This document shows, piece by piece, positions 47,059 to 56,920 of a stretch of DNA of 64,000 bases (position 1 is its first letter; every line of letters begins with the position of its first letter). The stretch comes from an uncultured delta proteobacterium (GTDB taxonomy: Bacteria; Myxococcota; Myxococcia; Myxococcales; 40CM-4-68-19): contig CAIWCD010000014.1 in NCBI GenBank assembly GCA_903911145.1, positions 1-64,000 of the forward strand, given 5' to 3'. The position numbers and the translations under genes were made by a program. Under the pieces are notes generated by a model that ran no database searches, was not told where the DNA came from, and saw only the letters and a list, made by a program, of their open reading frames with translations.

Positions 47059-50000
47059 ATGGCGAAGGACGAAAAGCAGAGTGGCGCAAGCGGCGGCAGT
47101 CCGGACTCGGCGGCGCCCGCAAAGCAGTACTACCGCTTCCGTGTGCAGACGGCCGATGGCAAGGAGTTGACGTCCGCTGTCGCCGAGGTCGACCTCGTTG
47201 CTGACGGTGACCTCGAGAATGATTCGGCTGACGACGCTGGCGCCCTCGACAAGCGCCACGCGAAGGAAGCGAAGGACCAGGCGAAGGTCAGCGACAATTT
47301 CCACGACGCCGAGCACGGCAAGGACATTGACGAGCTCGACAACGAGCACGCGGAGCAGGCGGACGCGGCTTCGGACAAGGTCGATGCCGACCACGCCAAG
47401 GAGCGGGCGGCCAAGTCCAAGGACGTCGACGCGGATCAGGCGCAGGAGCAGAGCGACAAGCACGCGAGCATCGACGCCGACACCGAGAAGCAGCACGACG
47501 CCGCATCGGACAAGGTCAACGATGACCACGTCGCCGATCTGAATGCCAAGCACGCCGATGGTCTCGATTCGCACCACGAATCGCTCCAGGGCGATCACGC
47601 GGCGCTCGCGGATGACAACGAGAAGGCGCTCAACGACGCGCACGCGAAGGTTGCGGATGCCCACGAGGCCGCTTCAAACGAGAGCGCGGCGAAGTCGGGC
47701 GATGAGCACCAGACCGATCTGAATGAAGCGCACGATGCCGTCGCGAAGGAGACGCAGCAGAAGCTCGACGACGATCACGACAAGCTCCTCGAGTTGCAGT
47801 CGGACGAGACGGACGCTGCGCACGATTCGCAGGCCGACGCCGACCAGAAGGCGGCCGATGCGGCGCAGAGCAAGAGCGCCGCAGCAGACGAGAAGACCGC
47901 GAACGACGCGGCGTCGAAGTCGAGCGATGACACCTGGGGAGACCTTCTCTCGGGCGCGAAGAAGCTGGTTGGCGACGTCGGCAAGGATCTCGAAACGGCG
48001 GGCGCGGGCCTGGGCGATCAGCTCAAGGGGATGCTCGATGACGGCGCCAAGAGTCTGATTGGCACGCTCTCAAAGGACGCGACCGACGTGGTCGGCAAGC
48101 TGACGGGCGACGCGCACGCGGCGCTCGATGATGTGCACACGATTCTCAACAACGAGGCGAAGAAGGGCCTCGATCTGCTGCACGGCAAGGTCACCGACGT
48201 TCTCAACAAGGCGATCGGATCGATCCACCTGAAGGTCGTGCAGGATCACAAGGCCGACATCGAGAAGGGTCTCGATGGGTTGGTCGATCAGGGCTTCAAG
48301 TCGCTTGGCCCCGCCGTCGACAACGCGGGCAACCAGCTCTTCAAGTCGATCAATGACGGCGCGGATCAGCTCGAGAAAAAGCTGACCGACGGAATCGCGA
48401 CGGGCGCGGCCGATGCTGACAAGGAAGCGGACAAGCTGCTCGCCCAGGATCAGACGAAGGCGGACGCGGCTGGTGATGCGGAGACAGACAAGACCGCAGG
48501 TGAAGCGAAGAAGAGCGAAGACGATGCGGTGACGGCGGCGGCGGATGCGCACGCGACCGATTCGTCGACGCAGATCGACGCGGAGACCGACGCGGCGCTG
48601 AAGGACCATGCGGACGCGCAGACGAAGGAAGAGGACGCGGCCGAGGCGGATGCGGCGCAGGCGTCTGGAAACAAGAGTGCCGATCAGCAGAAGGAGCTCG
48701 ACGACGCCGAGGCGAAGAACGCGAAGGACAGCTCTGATGCGCAGGCGAAGTCGAACGAGTCCTTCAAGCAGCAGATGGAGGACGAAGGGAAGAAGCTGCT
48801 CGGCGATCTCGAGAAGCAGGGGAACGATGAGCTCGGGACGCTGAAAGATCAGTTCAAGACAGCGACGCAAGACGTGCAGGACAAGGTCACCGAAGTCGCG
48901 AAGGCCAAGTGGGATGCGCTCAAGAAGTCAGCGCAGAGCGATCTCGCGGCGAAGTATGCGGACCTCAAGACCAAGGCGGCCGCCGATCTCGCGAAGAGCG
49001 CGAGCGACACCTGGGCCAAGCTCAAGGCCGATCTGCGTAAGAAGCACGCAGACGCGAACACGAAGGCGGCGACGGACGCGACGGCGAAGAAGAAGGAGCG
49101 GCTGAACAAGAAGCGAGACGAACTCGGCCGGGCGCTCAAGGATCGGCTGGCGAAGAAGCGGACCGATCTGGCGAAGGTCGGCGCTGACAAGCTCGCGCAG
49201 GCGCGGGCCGATGCGCGCAAGGCCTCGGCGGACAAGCTCGCGGCGGCGCGCGAGGAACAGCGCAAGAAGCGCACCGAGGAGCTTCAGAAGCGGCTCGCGG
49301 ATGCGACGCAGAAGAAGGCGGACGCGCGCAAGAAGACGCTCGAAGATCTCATCAAGCAGCATGCGGCGGCACGCGTGCAGCTGAACGAGACGGGCAAGAA
49401 GACGCTCACCGAGTCGCTCGGGAAGACGCACGCGGATTTCAAGAAGACGCATCTCGAGGGGCTCAAGAAGACGGTCACCGAATCGCAGAAGAAGGCCGTG
49501 GACGCGATGGAGGCGGGCATTGCGGACGAGAGCAAGGCGCACGTCGATCGCGTGAAGTCGGCGCACGCGGAGTTCATGAAGGGCGAACTCGAGAAGGTGA
49601 AGAAGGCGCACGACGACAGCCGCAAGAAGACGGCGGACGGCGTCGGGAAGGCGCACGAGGCGGTGACCAAGAGCCACATGGCGCGCGCGTCAGCGCTGCA
49701 CATCGATCTCTCGAAGAAGCACATCGAGGCCGCTGGCAAGATCAACGCGGATGCGCTCAAGAAGCACAATGACAAGGTCGGGAAGATGATGGGCGACGCG
49801 AAGACGCGTCATCTCGATCGCGTCGCGCAGGCGAATGCGGACCTCACCAAGAAGCGCAACGAGAGCTGGCGCAACACCAACGCGGATCTGACCAACTCGC
49901 GCAAAGACGCGACGAAGAAGATCACCGCGAAGATCAAGGAAGCGCATTTCGGGCGCATCAAGCAGCTCCACAGCGAGGTCACCAACGCCGCGAAGACGAA

Positions 50001-50571
50001 GACGCGCGAAGCCAATGCCGACGCGGGCGGGCGGCTCGTCGAGTCGCTGAAGAAGGCGGCGGCGGCGAACAAGCAGACGCTGCTCGCAGCGGGCGCGAAG
50101 GTGTTTGCGTCGCAGACCGAGATCGCGAAAGGGAAGATCGAGGAGCTGCACGCGAAGGCCGTCGCGGCGGAGAAGGAGAACATCGAGAAGCTGCACGCGA
50201 AGGTTGGCGAGGCGCTCAAGCTTGCGCACCAGAGCGTGAAGATCGATCTGAAGAACAAGGCGCTCGAGCTGAAGAAGGCGGCCACGACCGAAGTGGCGAA
50301 GAAGTTCGCGCAGGTCAAGACGCAGGCGATCGCGGCGCTCAAGCAGACGCAGGAGGACGCGAAGAAGAAGGTTCTCGCGGAGCTCGATCAGCTGCAGAAG
50401 ATCAAGCGCGACCAGTGGGTCAAGGACCTCGAGAAGCGCAAGAACGAGGCGAAGACGATGGCGCTCGCGCTGCTGCAGCGGCGGCAGAACGAGGAGAAGA
50501 AGCGGGTCGCGGAGGCGCGGGCGAAGGTCGAGAAGATGGCGTCGCGGCGCATGTCGATGATGGGGCTGTAA
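47059..50571 (+). CDS. 1170-aa alpha-helical protein with acidic Asp/His-rich N-half and Lys-rich C-half
   Basis: GGAGG RBS; strong codon bias; almost no Pro, Cys or aromatic residues after residue ~40. Confidence 0.8.
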   Translation: MAKDEKQSGASGGSPDSAAPAKQYYRFRVQTADGKELTSAVAEVDLVADGDLENDSADDAGALDKRHAKEAKDQAKVSDNFHDAEHGKDIDELDNEHAEQADAASDKVDADHAKERAAKSKDVDADQAQEQSDKHASIDADTEKQHDAASDKVNDDHVADLNAKHADGLDSHHESLQGDHAALADDNEKALNDAHAKVADAHEAASNESAAKSGDEHQTDLNEAHDAVAKETQQKLDDDHDKLLELQSDETDAAHDSQADADQKAADAAQSKSAAADEKTANDAASKSSDDTWGDLLSGAKKLVGDVGKDLETAGAGLGDQLKGMLDDGAKSLIGTLSKDATDVVGKLTGDAHAALDDVHTILNNEAKKGLDLLHGKVTDVLNKAIGSIHLKVVQDHKADIEKGLDGLVDQGFKSLGPAVDNAGNQLFKSINDGADQLEKKLTDGIATGAADADKEADKLLAQDQTKADAAGDAETDKTAGEAKKSEDDAVTAAADAHATDSSTQIDAETDAALKDHADAQTKEEDAAEADAAQASGNKSADQQKELDDAEAKNAKDSSDAQAKSNESFKQQMEDEGKKLLGDLEKQGNDELGTLKDQFKTATQDVQDKVTEVAKAKWDALKKSAQSDLAAKYADLKTKAAADLAKSASDTWAKLKADLRKKHADANTKAATDATAKKKERLNKKRDELGRALKDRLAKKRTDLAKVGADKLAQARADARKASADKLAAAREEQRKKRTEELQKRLADATQKKADARKKTLEDLIKQHAAARVQLNETGKKTLTESLGKTHADFKKTHLEGLKKTVTESQKKAVDAMEAGIADESKAHVDRVKSAHAEFMKGELEKVKKAHDDSRKKTADGVGKAHEAVTKSHMARASALHIDLSKKHIEAAGKINADALKKHNDKVGKMMGDAKTRHLDRVAQANADLTKKRNESWRNTNADLTNSRKDATKKITAKIKEAHFGRIKQLHSEVTNAAKTKTREANADAGGRLVESLKKAAAANKQTLLAAGAKVFASQTEIAKGKIEELHAKAVAAEKENIEKLHAKVGEALKLAHQSVKIDLKNKALELKKAATTEVAKKFAQVKTQAIAALKQTQEDAKKKVLAELDQLQKIKRDQWVKDLEKRKNEAKTMALALLQRRQNEEKKRVAEARAKVEKMASRRMSMMGL

Positions 50572-50580
50572 AGCACGGTC

Positions 50581-51930
50581 GTGCGCGAGTTCAACTTCGA
50601 CGGGCTCGTCGGGCCCACGCACAACTACGCGGGGCTCTCGCACGGGAACGTCGCGTCGCAGGAGCACGCGGGGCAGCCGGCCAATCCGCTGCGTGCGGTG
50701 CTGCAGGGCATCGGCAAGATGCGCTTCGTGGCGGGCCTGGGCGCGGGCCAGGCGGTGCTGCCTCCGCAGCCGAGGCCCGATCTGCGTAGCTTGCGGCGGC
50801 TGGGATTCACGGGCAGCGATGAAGAGGTGCTCGCCAACGCTGCGAGCGATCGCGATGGCGGAGACCACCTGCTGCGGCTCTGCTCGAGCGCGGCTGCGAT
50901 GTGGACGGCGAATGCGGCGACGAGCGCGCCCTCGGCGGATGCGAGCGACGGGCGGCTGCAGCTGGTGCCGGCGAACCTGACGGCGATGTTCCATCGCGCG
51001 CTGGAGGCGGAGACGACGACGCGGGTTCTGCGCGCGATCTTCGCGGACGAGCGGCACTTCGTTGTGCACGATCCGCTGCCTGGCGGGAGCCACTTCGCAG
51101 ACGAGGGCGCGGCCAATCACACGCGGCTCTTCACGCAGGGGCACGCGGCGCTGCATCTCTTTGCCTGGGGACGTCGCGCGTTCGGCGGGCCCTCGCGCGC
51201 AGGCGAGCCGATGCGCTTCCCTGCGCGTCAGACACTCGAGGCTTCGCAGGCGCTCGCGCGTCTCGTCCGCGTCCAGCCTGCATGCGCGCTCTTTCCGCAG
51301 CAGGACCCTCGCGGCATTGATGCTGGCGCGTTCCACACCGATGTGCTCGCCGTCGGCTCGGGGCGTGTGCTGCTTCTGCATGAGCTGGCGTTCGTCGACG
51401 CCGATGCGCTGGTCGCGGAGCTGCGAAGCAAACTGGGTGCAGAGTTCTGCGCAGTGGTGGCGCGCGAGGCCGAGCTTCCGGTGGCGAGCGCGGTGGCTGC
51501 CTATCCGTTCAACTCGCAGCTGCTGATGCTTGCAGAAGACAACTATTGCCTCATCGCTCCCGAGGAGGCGCGCGAGAATCCGCACGCCCGCGCGTATCTC
51601 TCTCGCGTGCTCGACGAGGAGAATCCGGTGCGGGCGGTGCATCATCTTGCGCTCTCGGACTCGATGCAGAACGGCGGCGGGCCGGCCTGCTTGCGGCAGC
51701 GAATTGTCCTCAGCGAAGCGGAGCAGAAGGCGATCGTTGCGCGCGTCTTCGCGGATGAGGCGCTGCTCGCCGAGCTTGAGACGTGGGCGAAGCGGCACTA
51801 TCGAGATCGTTTGAGTGCAAACGATCTGCGCGACGCGAAGCTGCACCGGGAAGTGATGACCGCACTCGATGAACTGACCCGGATCCTCCAGCTCGGCCCG
51901 GTCTACGATTTCCAGCTCGCATCGCGCTGA
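50581..51930 (+). CDS. astB: N-succinylarginine dihydrolase
   Basis: 'E.NFDGLVGPTHNYAGLS.GN.AS', 'MWTANAAT', 'DEGAANH', 'SMQNGGGPACLR', 'YDFQ'. Confidence 0.95.
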   Translation: MREFNFDGLVGPTHNYAGLSHGNVASQEHAGQPANPLRAVLQGIGKMRFVAGLGAGQAVLPPQPRPDLRSLRRLGFTGSDEEVLANAASDRDGGDHLLRLCSSAAAMWTANAATSAPSADASDGRLQLVPANLTAMFHRALEAETTTRVLRAIFADERHFVVHDPLPGGSHFADEGAANHTRLFTQGHAALHLFAWGRRAFGGPSRAGEPMRFPARQTLEASQALARLVRVQPACALFPQQDPRGIDAGAFHTDVLAVGSGRVLLLHELAFVDADALVAELRSKLGAEFCAVVAREAELPVASAVAAYPFNSQLLMLAEDNYCLIAPEEARENPHARAYLSRVLDEENPVRAVHHLALSDSMQNGGGPACLRQRIVLSEAEQKAIVARVFADEALLAELETWAKRHYRDRLSANDLRDAKLHREVMTALDELTRILQLGPVYDFQLASR

Positions 51931-51957
51931 GCAAGGCTTCGCGCAGAGGCGCTCTGC

Positions 51958-52344
51958 TCACATCTCGGAGGCGAGTTCGCGGGCTGTCTCGCGCAGCGCA
52001 ACTGCGGCGCTCGCAGTGGATGCGCGCGTGTTTGGCGCGAGCAGGAGCACCACGTAGTAGCCCTCGGAAACAGCGCCGGCGATGATCGTGCCGTGGGGCG
52101 TGCGCACCTCGAGTTCGCGAAGGCGCCCGACTCCCGCTTGTGGCGCGCGTTCGTCGAGCAGCAGCCACGAGGCGGCCAATTGCGCCCCGCAGAGCTTCAA
52201 TTCGTATTCGGTCAGGAGAGGATTTCCACTGGGCGGAATCGCAGCCAGCGCCCACTCGACGCTCTCTCCCTCGTGATCGCAGAAGATCGCGCCGCGCGCT
52301 TGCGGGACGCGGCCTGTCAGTCGGGCGAGCATGTGGCGGAACAT
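51958..52344 (-). CDS. Roadblock/LC7-like protein
   Basis: 'VP.ARGAIFCD.EGE.V', 'YYVVLLL', C-terminal helix. Confidence 0.7.
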   Translation of the reverse strand: MFRHMLARLTGRVPQARGAIFCDHEGESVEWALAAIPPSGNPLLTEYELKLCGAQLAASWLLLDERAPQAGVGRLRELEVRTPHGTIIAGAVSEGYYVVLLLAPNTRASTASAAVALRETARELASEM

Positions 52345-52449
52345 GCGCCGGTGCTTGTACCGAGCGGGGCCGAGTGGTAGCAAGCCCGGCCTTATCGCCA
52401 GTCGCAGTGCAGCCGGAACTCATTCGCTGCAACCGAAGGAGCGTTGCCC

Positions 52450-53412
52450 GTGGACAAGCGCGCCGCCGCCGTGCTCGCAGTCATTTTCGGAGGCCTGTTC
52501 GCCGCACTCTTCGGCTTCATGGCGCTCGGCTACGAGGCCGTCCACTCCAGCGGATCGGCGCTCGATGGCGAGACGTCCGGCTCGGCCACCAGCGGGCAGC
52601 GCATCGCTGTCGTCGAGCTGTTCGGACAGATCGGCGACAAGCAGAACGGGATCGATGGCGAGAAGGTCCTGAAGCAGCTGCGCAAGCTCGACAAGGACGA
52701 CGACGTCAAGGGGATCCTGCTGCACATCGATTCGCCCGGTGGGGCCGTGGCGCCGTCGCAGGAGATCTACGCGATGCTGCGCAAGATGCGCGGCAAGAAG
52801 AAGATCGTCGTCTCGATGGGCGATCTCGCGGCGTCGGGCGGCTACTACATCGCCTCGGCGGCCGACTGGATCATCGCCAATCCCGGCACGCTCACCGGTT
52901 CGATCGGCGTCATCTTCCAGCACTTCAACGTGCGCGGGCTGCTCGAGACGGTGCGGGTCGAGGAGACCACGTTCAAGAGCGGCAAGTACAAGGACACGCT
53001 CTCTCCGTTCCGCCCGATCGGCGATCAGGATCGCGAAGAGATCCAGGGGCTGTCGGACGACGTCTACGGGCAGTTCGTGCACGACGTCGGCGAGGGGCGC
53101 GGGATGAAGGACGACGAGGTTCGCGCGATCGCCGAGGGCCGCGTCTATACGGGCCGCCGCGCCAAGGAGCTGAAGCTGGTCGACGAGCTCGGCTCCTACG
53201 ACTACGCGCTCGCGAAGACCTGGCAGCTCGCAGGACTGACCGGCGAGCCGAAGATCCAGTTGCCGCACGCCGAGCACGATCTGACGCTGCGCGAGCTGAT
53301 GCGCGGGGCGTTCGACGGCGCTGCGGCGGGAGTGGTGCAGGGCGTTGCCGGCGCAAAGTCCGCGGTCGCGCACGATGGCCTGCTGCTGCTCGCACCCGAG
53401 CTGGCGAAATAG
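52450..53412 (+). CDS. sppA: Signal peptide peptidase SppA (36K type)
   Basis: 'IDSPGG.V.PSQEI', 'SMGDLAASGGYY', 'TGSIGV', 'KSGKYKD'. Confidence 0.93.
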   Translation: MDKRAAAVLAVIFGGLFAALFGFMALGYEAVHSSGSALDGETSGSATSGQRIAVVELFGQIGDKQNGIDGEKVLKQLRKLDKDDDVKGILLHIDSPGGAVAPSQEIYAMLRKMRGKKKIVVSMGDLAASGGYYIASAADWIIANPGTLTGSIGVIFQHFNVRGLLETVRVEETTFKSGKYKDTLSPFRPIGDQDREEIQGLSDDVYGQFVHDVGEGRGMKDDEVRAIAEGRVYTGRRAKELKLVDELGSYDYALAKTWQLAGLTGEPKIQLPHAEHDLTLRELMRGAFDGAAAGVVQGVAGAKSAVAHDGLLLLAPELAK

Positions 53413-53443
53413 TTTCAACACCAAGCATTATCGAAATTACCGA

Positions 53444-53468
53444 ATTCGCAAATCAGCGATTTGCGAAT
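53444..53468. promoter_or_regulatory. AT-rich perfect inverted repeat upstream of HIT/argS
   Basis: ATTCGCAAATC-AGC-GATTTGCGAAT. Confidence 0.4.
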
Positions 53469-53485
53469 GGATGAGGCAAAGACCC

Positions 53486-54043
53486 GTGCAGCAACTCTGG
53501 GCGCCCTGGCGCGTTGAGCTGATCGAGAAGGCGGACGAGAAGCTTCCCCCGGGCTGCGTGTTCTGCACTCTGCCGCGGGCGCAGGCCGGCGATGCTGGGC
53601 GGGCGGCGCGCGACCGCGAGACGCTCGTGCTTGGAAGAACGGCGAACACCTTCGCGCTGCTCAATCGCTGGCCCTACAACAACGGGCACCTCATGGTGAT
53701 CCCGCGGCGGCACACGGCGCGCTTCGAAGATCTCTCCGCTCCGGAGTGGCAGGAGTTGAGCGAGATGTTGCGCGTCGCGACCGGCATCGTGCAGGCGGTC
53801 TATGCGCCGCACGGGATCAATGTCGGAATGAATCTCGGGCGCGGCGCCGGTGCGGGGATCCCCGATCATCTGCACTGGCATCTGGTTCCGCGCTGGAACG
53901 GTGACACCAACTTCATGCCCGTGCTCGGCGACACCAAGGTGATGATTGAGCACCTGGACGCGAGCTGGGAGCGGCTGCGACCGCAGTTTGATGCGCACTT
54001 CCACCACGGTGCTCCCGTGCGTGAGTGGGCTAGCGAGAGTTAG
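53486..54043 (+). CDS. HIT family hydrolase
   Basis: 'LWAPWR', 'CVFC', 'PYNNGHLM', 'AGAGIPDHLHWHLVPRWNGDTNFM'. An alternative start at 53471 is possible. Confidence 0.92.
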   Translation: MQQLWAPWRVELIEKADEKLPPGCVFCTLPRAQAGDAGRAARDRETLVLGRTANTFALLNRWPYNNGHLMVIPRRHTARFEDLSAPEWQELSEMLRVATGIVQAVYAPHGINVGMNLGRGAGAGIPDHLHWHLVPRWNGDTNFMPVLGDTKVMIEHLDASWERLRPQFDAHFHHGAPVREWASES

Positions 54044-54052
54044 GGCGAATCC

Positions 54053-56074
54053 ATGATCAAAGAGAATGTGGCGAAGGTGATCGAAGTCGCGCTGCAGGCG
54101 TGCGTGCGTGATGGGCTGCTGCCGGCGGGTGATTACAAGGCCCAGCTCGATGCGCCCAAGCAGGCCGCGCACGGGGACTTCGCCTGCAATGCAGCGATGG
54201 TGCTGCAGAAGCAGCACGCGGCGGCGACGAACGCGGCGAAGTCGAATCCGCGCGCGCTGGCCGAGGCGATCGTCGCGCGCGTGCGCGATCCGGCGGTGCA
54301 GGCCGATCCGCAGAAGCTGCTCGCGTCGATTGAAATTGCCGGTCCGGGATTTCTCAATCTGCGGCTCGCGCACTCGGCGTGGCAGGGGGAGCTGCTCGAG
54401 ATCGCGTCGCAGGGGAAGCGCTTCGGGCGCACCAATCGCGGACAGGGCGCGAAGACGATGGTCGAGTTCGTCTCGGCCAATCCGACCGGACCGATGCACG
54501 TCGGCCACGGGCGCGGCGCGGTGCTCGGAGACACGGTGGCTTCGCTGCTCGACTGGGCGGGCTGGAGCGTCTCGCGCGAGTACTACATCAACGACGCGGG
54601 CGCGCAGGTCTTCCGGCTCGCGCACGCAGTCCTGGCGCGGGCCAGCGAGATCGCGCGCGTGGAGAGAATCGAGGGCTGTCCCGACGCCCAGCCGATCGCT
54701 CTGGATGCCGAGGATTACCAGGGCGACTACGTCAAGGACGTCGCGCGCGCGTGGCTGCTCTCTCTGCCGGTGAGCGAGCGGGCGGCTGCGCTCGCGAGGC
54801 CGTTCGAGGAGCAGAAGGAGCCGCTACGGAAGTTCTCCACCGAGTGGGTCCGCACGCATCTCATCGAGACGGATCTGCAGCTCTTCAACATCAAGTTCGA
54901 CGTCTGGTTCAGCGAGAAGACGTTGCACGATCAGGGCGCGATCGAGGCGGCCGTCGAGGCGCTGCGCGCGCAGGGCGTGCTCGCGGAGGAGATCCTCGAG
55001 AAGCCGGCCGACGCGAAGAAGGCGGAGAAGACGGCGAAGGCAACGGCGACGCACGAGAGCGGGGCGAAGGCGCCGATGGTTGGTACACCAAATATTGGTA
55101 CGCCGAATATTGGCACTCAAAGCATTTTGGCGACGAGCGAATCGGTCGTGCAGCACGACGACGAAGACGCACCGCTCGGCAAGCCGCTTCTGGTGATGAA
55201 GACCACGCGCTTCGGCGACGATCGCGATCGCCCGCTCTTCAAGACCAGCGGCGAGCCGACCTATTTCGCGGCCGATGTCGCGTACCACTGGGACAAGCTG
55301 CAGCGCGGCTACAAGCGGCTCGTCAATGTCTGGGGCGCCGATCACGGCGGCTACGTGTCGCGCATGAAGGCCGCCGTGCAGTCGATGGGCGGCGAGCTCG
55401 AGGTGATCCTCTTCCAGCTCGTGAATCTGATGAAGGACGGACAGCCGTTCAAGATGAGCAAGCGGGCGGCGAACTTCGTCACGCTGCGCGAGTTGCTCGA
55501 GGAGGCGGGGCCGGACGCGACGCGCTTCTTCTTCCTGCAGCGGCGCGGCGACATGGCGGTCGACTTCGACCTCGATCTCGCGAAGAAGCGGTCGAGCGAC
55601 AACCCGGTCTTCTATGTGCAGTACGGGCACGCGCGTTGCGCAGGCATGCTGCTCAAGGCGGCCGAGTCTCCGGTGGGAGCGCGTGCTCTCGCTCGTCTCG
55701 AGGCGGCGCGTGGCGACGAGGCCGCGCTGCGCACGTTGCTTGCTGCGCTCACGCTTCCCGAAGAGCTGCAGATCGTGCAGCGGCTGATGACCTTCCCCGA
55801 TGTCGTCGCGGGCGCGGCGGAGGCGTTCGAGCCGCATCGGATCGTCTTCTATCTGCAAGAAACGATCGCGCAGTTCCACTCCTACTACTCGAAGTACAAG
55901 AAGACCGAGCGCGTGGTCGGCGACGATGAGAACAAGAGCGCAGCGCGGCTCTTCCTCGTCAGCCAGGTCAAGCAGGTCCTCTTCAATGCGCTCACGCTGC
56001 TCGGCGTTTCGGCGCCGGAGCGGATGGACGCGGACCGCGAGGAGGATGAGCGGGACGAGGGCGCGACGGCTTAG
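54053..56074 (+). CDS. argS: Arginine--tRNA ligase
   Basis: 'EFVSANPTGPMHVGHGR', 'EYYINDAG', 'WGADHGGY', 'KMSKR', 'NPVFYVQY', 'GVSAPERM'. Confidence 0.97.
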   Translation: MIKENVAKVIEVALQACVRDGLLPAGDYKAQLDAPKQAAHGDFACNAAMVLQKQHAAATNAAKSNPRALAEAIVARVRDPAVQADPQKLLASIEIAGPGFLNLRLAHSAWQGELLEIASQGKRFGRTNRGQGAKTMVEFVSANPTGPMHVGHGRGAVLGDTVASLLDWAGWSVSREYYINDAGAQVFRLAHAVLARASEIARVERIEGCPDAQPIALDAEDYQGDYVKDVARAWLLSLPVSERAAALARPFEEQKEPLRKFSTEWVRTHLIETDLQLFNIKFDVWFSEKTLHDQGAIEAAVEALRAQGVLAEEILEKPADAKKAEKTAKATATHESGAKAPMVGTPNIGTPNIGTQSILATSESVVQHDDEDAPLGKPLLVMKTTRFGDDRDRPLFKTSGEPTYFAADVAYHWDKLQRGYKRLVNVWGADHGGYVSRMKAAVQSMGGELEVILFQLVNLMKDGQPFKMSKRAANFVTLRELLEEAGPDATRFFFLQRRGDMAVDFDLDLAKKRSSDNPVFYVQYGHARCAGMLLKAAESPVGARALARLEAARGDEAALRTLLAALTLPEELQIVQRLMTFPDVVAGAAEAFEPHRIVFYLQETIAQFHSYYSKYKKTERVVGDDENKSAARLFLVSQVKQVLFNALTLLGVSAPERMDADREEDERDEGATA

Positions 56075-56125
56075 TGCGCGGTCTGAAACTGGCGGACGCT
56101 TGAGGGCCGTTGTACATCGGCTCTC

Positions 56126-56887
56126 GTGAGCGGCGACGCGAGACGGGAAGAGAAGGTCGAGTTGTCGCTGGAGCAGCGGCAGGTGTCGATCCTCGCGGTT
56201 TCTGCGCTCATCCTCCTCGGCGTCGTCTTTGCGCTCGGCGTTCTCGTCGGCCGCCAGCTTGCTTCGGCGGCGATCGGTGCTCCGTCGCAACCTCCCGTCG
56301 GGGATCTTCGCGCGCTCGATGCAGCGAAGCCCGCGCCGCCTCCTGCGCCGGTTGCTGCGCCGATCGTTCCCAGCGCACCGACGCTCGCTCCCGCTCCCAG
56401 TGCGGCTGCGAGCACCACAGCTCCTGTTCCTTCTGCGCCACCACCCGCTGCCGCCAAGCCCGCTGCGGTCGCCGCCGAGCACGCGACCGCCGCGCCGAGC
56501 CGCGAGGAGCTTGAGCAGATTGCAAACGATGATGAGGTTGCAGTCGTGCCGGCACCAAAGACCGCCGTGGTCGCCGCGGCGCCGAAAACCGTGACGGTCG
56601 CTGCCCCGAAGGAGCCGCAAACGCCGCTGCCGCCGCCTCCGGCGAAGCTGGGAAAATTCACTGTGCAGCTCGGTTCGACGACCGACCGCAAGGACGCGCA
56701 GCGGCTCGAAGCGCGCGCGCGTGGGCTGGGCCTCAAGCCGTACATCACCGCCGCTCACCTCGGCGCGAAGGGGACCTGGTATCGCGTGCGCGCAGGCGCG
56801 TTCGAGAAGCGCGATGAGGCGACTGCGTATCAGAAGGACGTCGAGCGCGAGCTCCACTGCAACTCTACCGTCATGCCCTCGAACTAG
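56126..56887 (+). CDS. SPOR domain protein (FtsN/DedD-like)
   Basis: N-terminal TM, Pro/Ala linker, 'FTVQLGS...WYRVRAGAF'; follows argS. Confidence 0.88.
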   Translation: MSGDARREEKVELSLEQRQVSILAVSALILLGVVFALGVLVGRQLASAAIGAPSQPPVGDLRALDAAKPAPPPAPVAAPIVPSAPTLAPAPSAAASTTAPVPSAPPPAAAKPAAVAAEHATAAPSREELEQIANDDEVAVVPAPKTAVVAAAPKTVTVAAPKEPQTPLPPPPAKLGKFTVQLGSTTDRKDAQRLEARARGLGLKPYITAAHLGAKGTWYRVRAGAFEKRDEATAYQKDVERELHCNSTVMPSN

Positions 56888-56920
56888 CGGCCGCTCATCG
56901 ACGCCGCTGTGAAAGTCACC

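Noticed and set aside
51810..51827. Similarity of TTTGAGTGCAAA in astB to the 33854 hairpin
   Set aside because: Short match inside ordinary coding sequence (RLSAND); likely chance.
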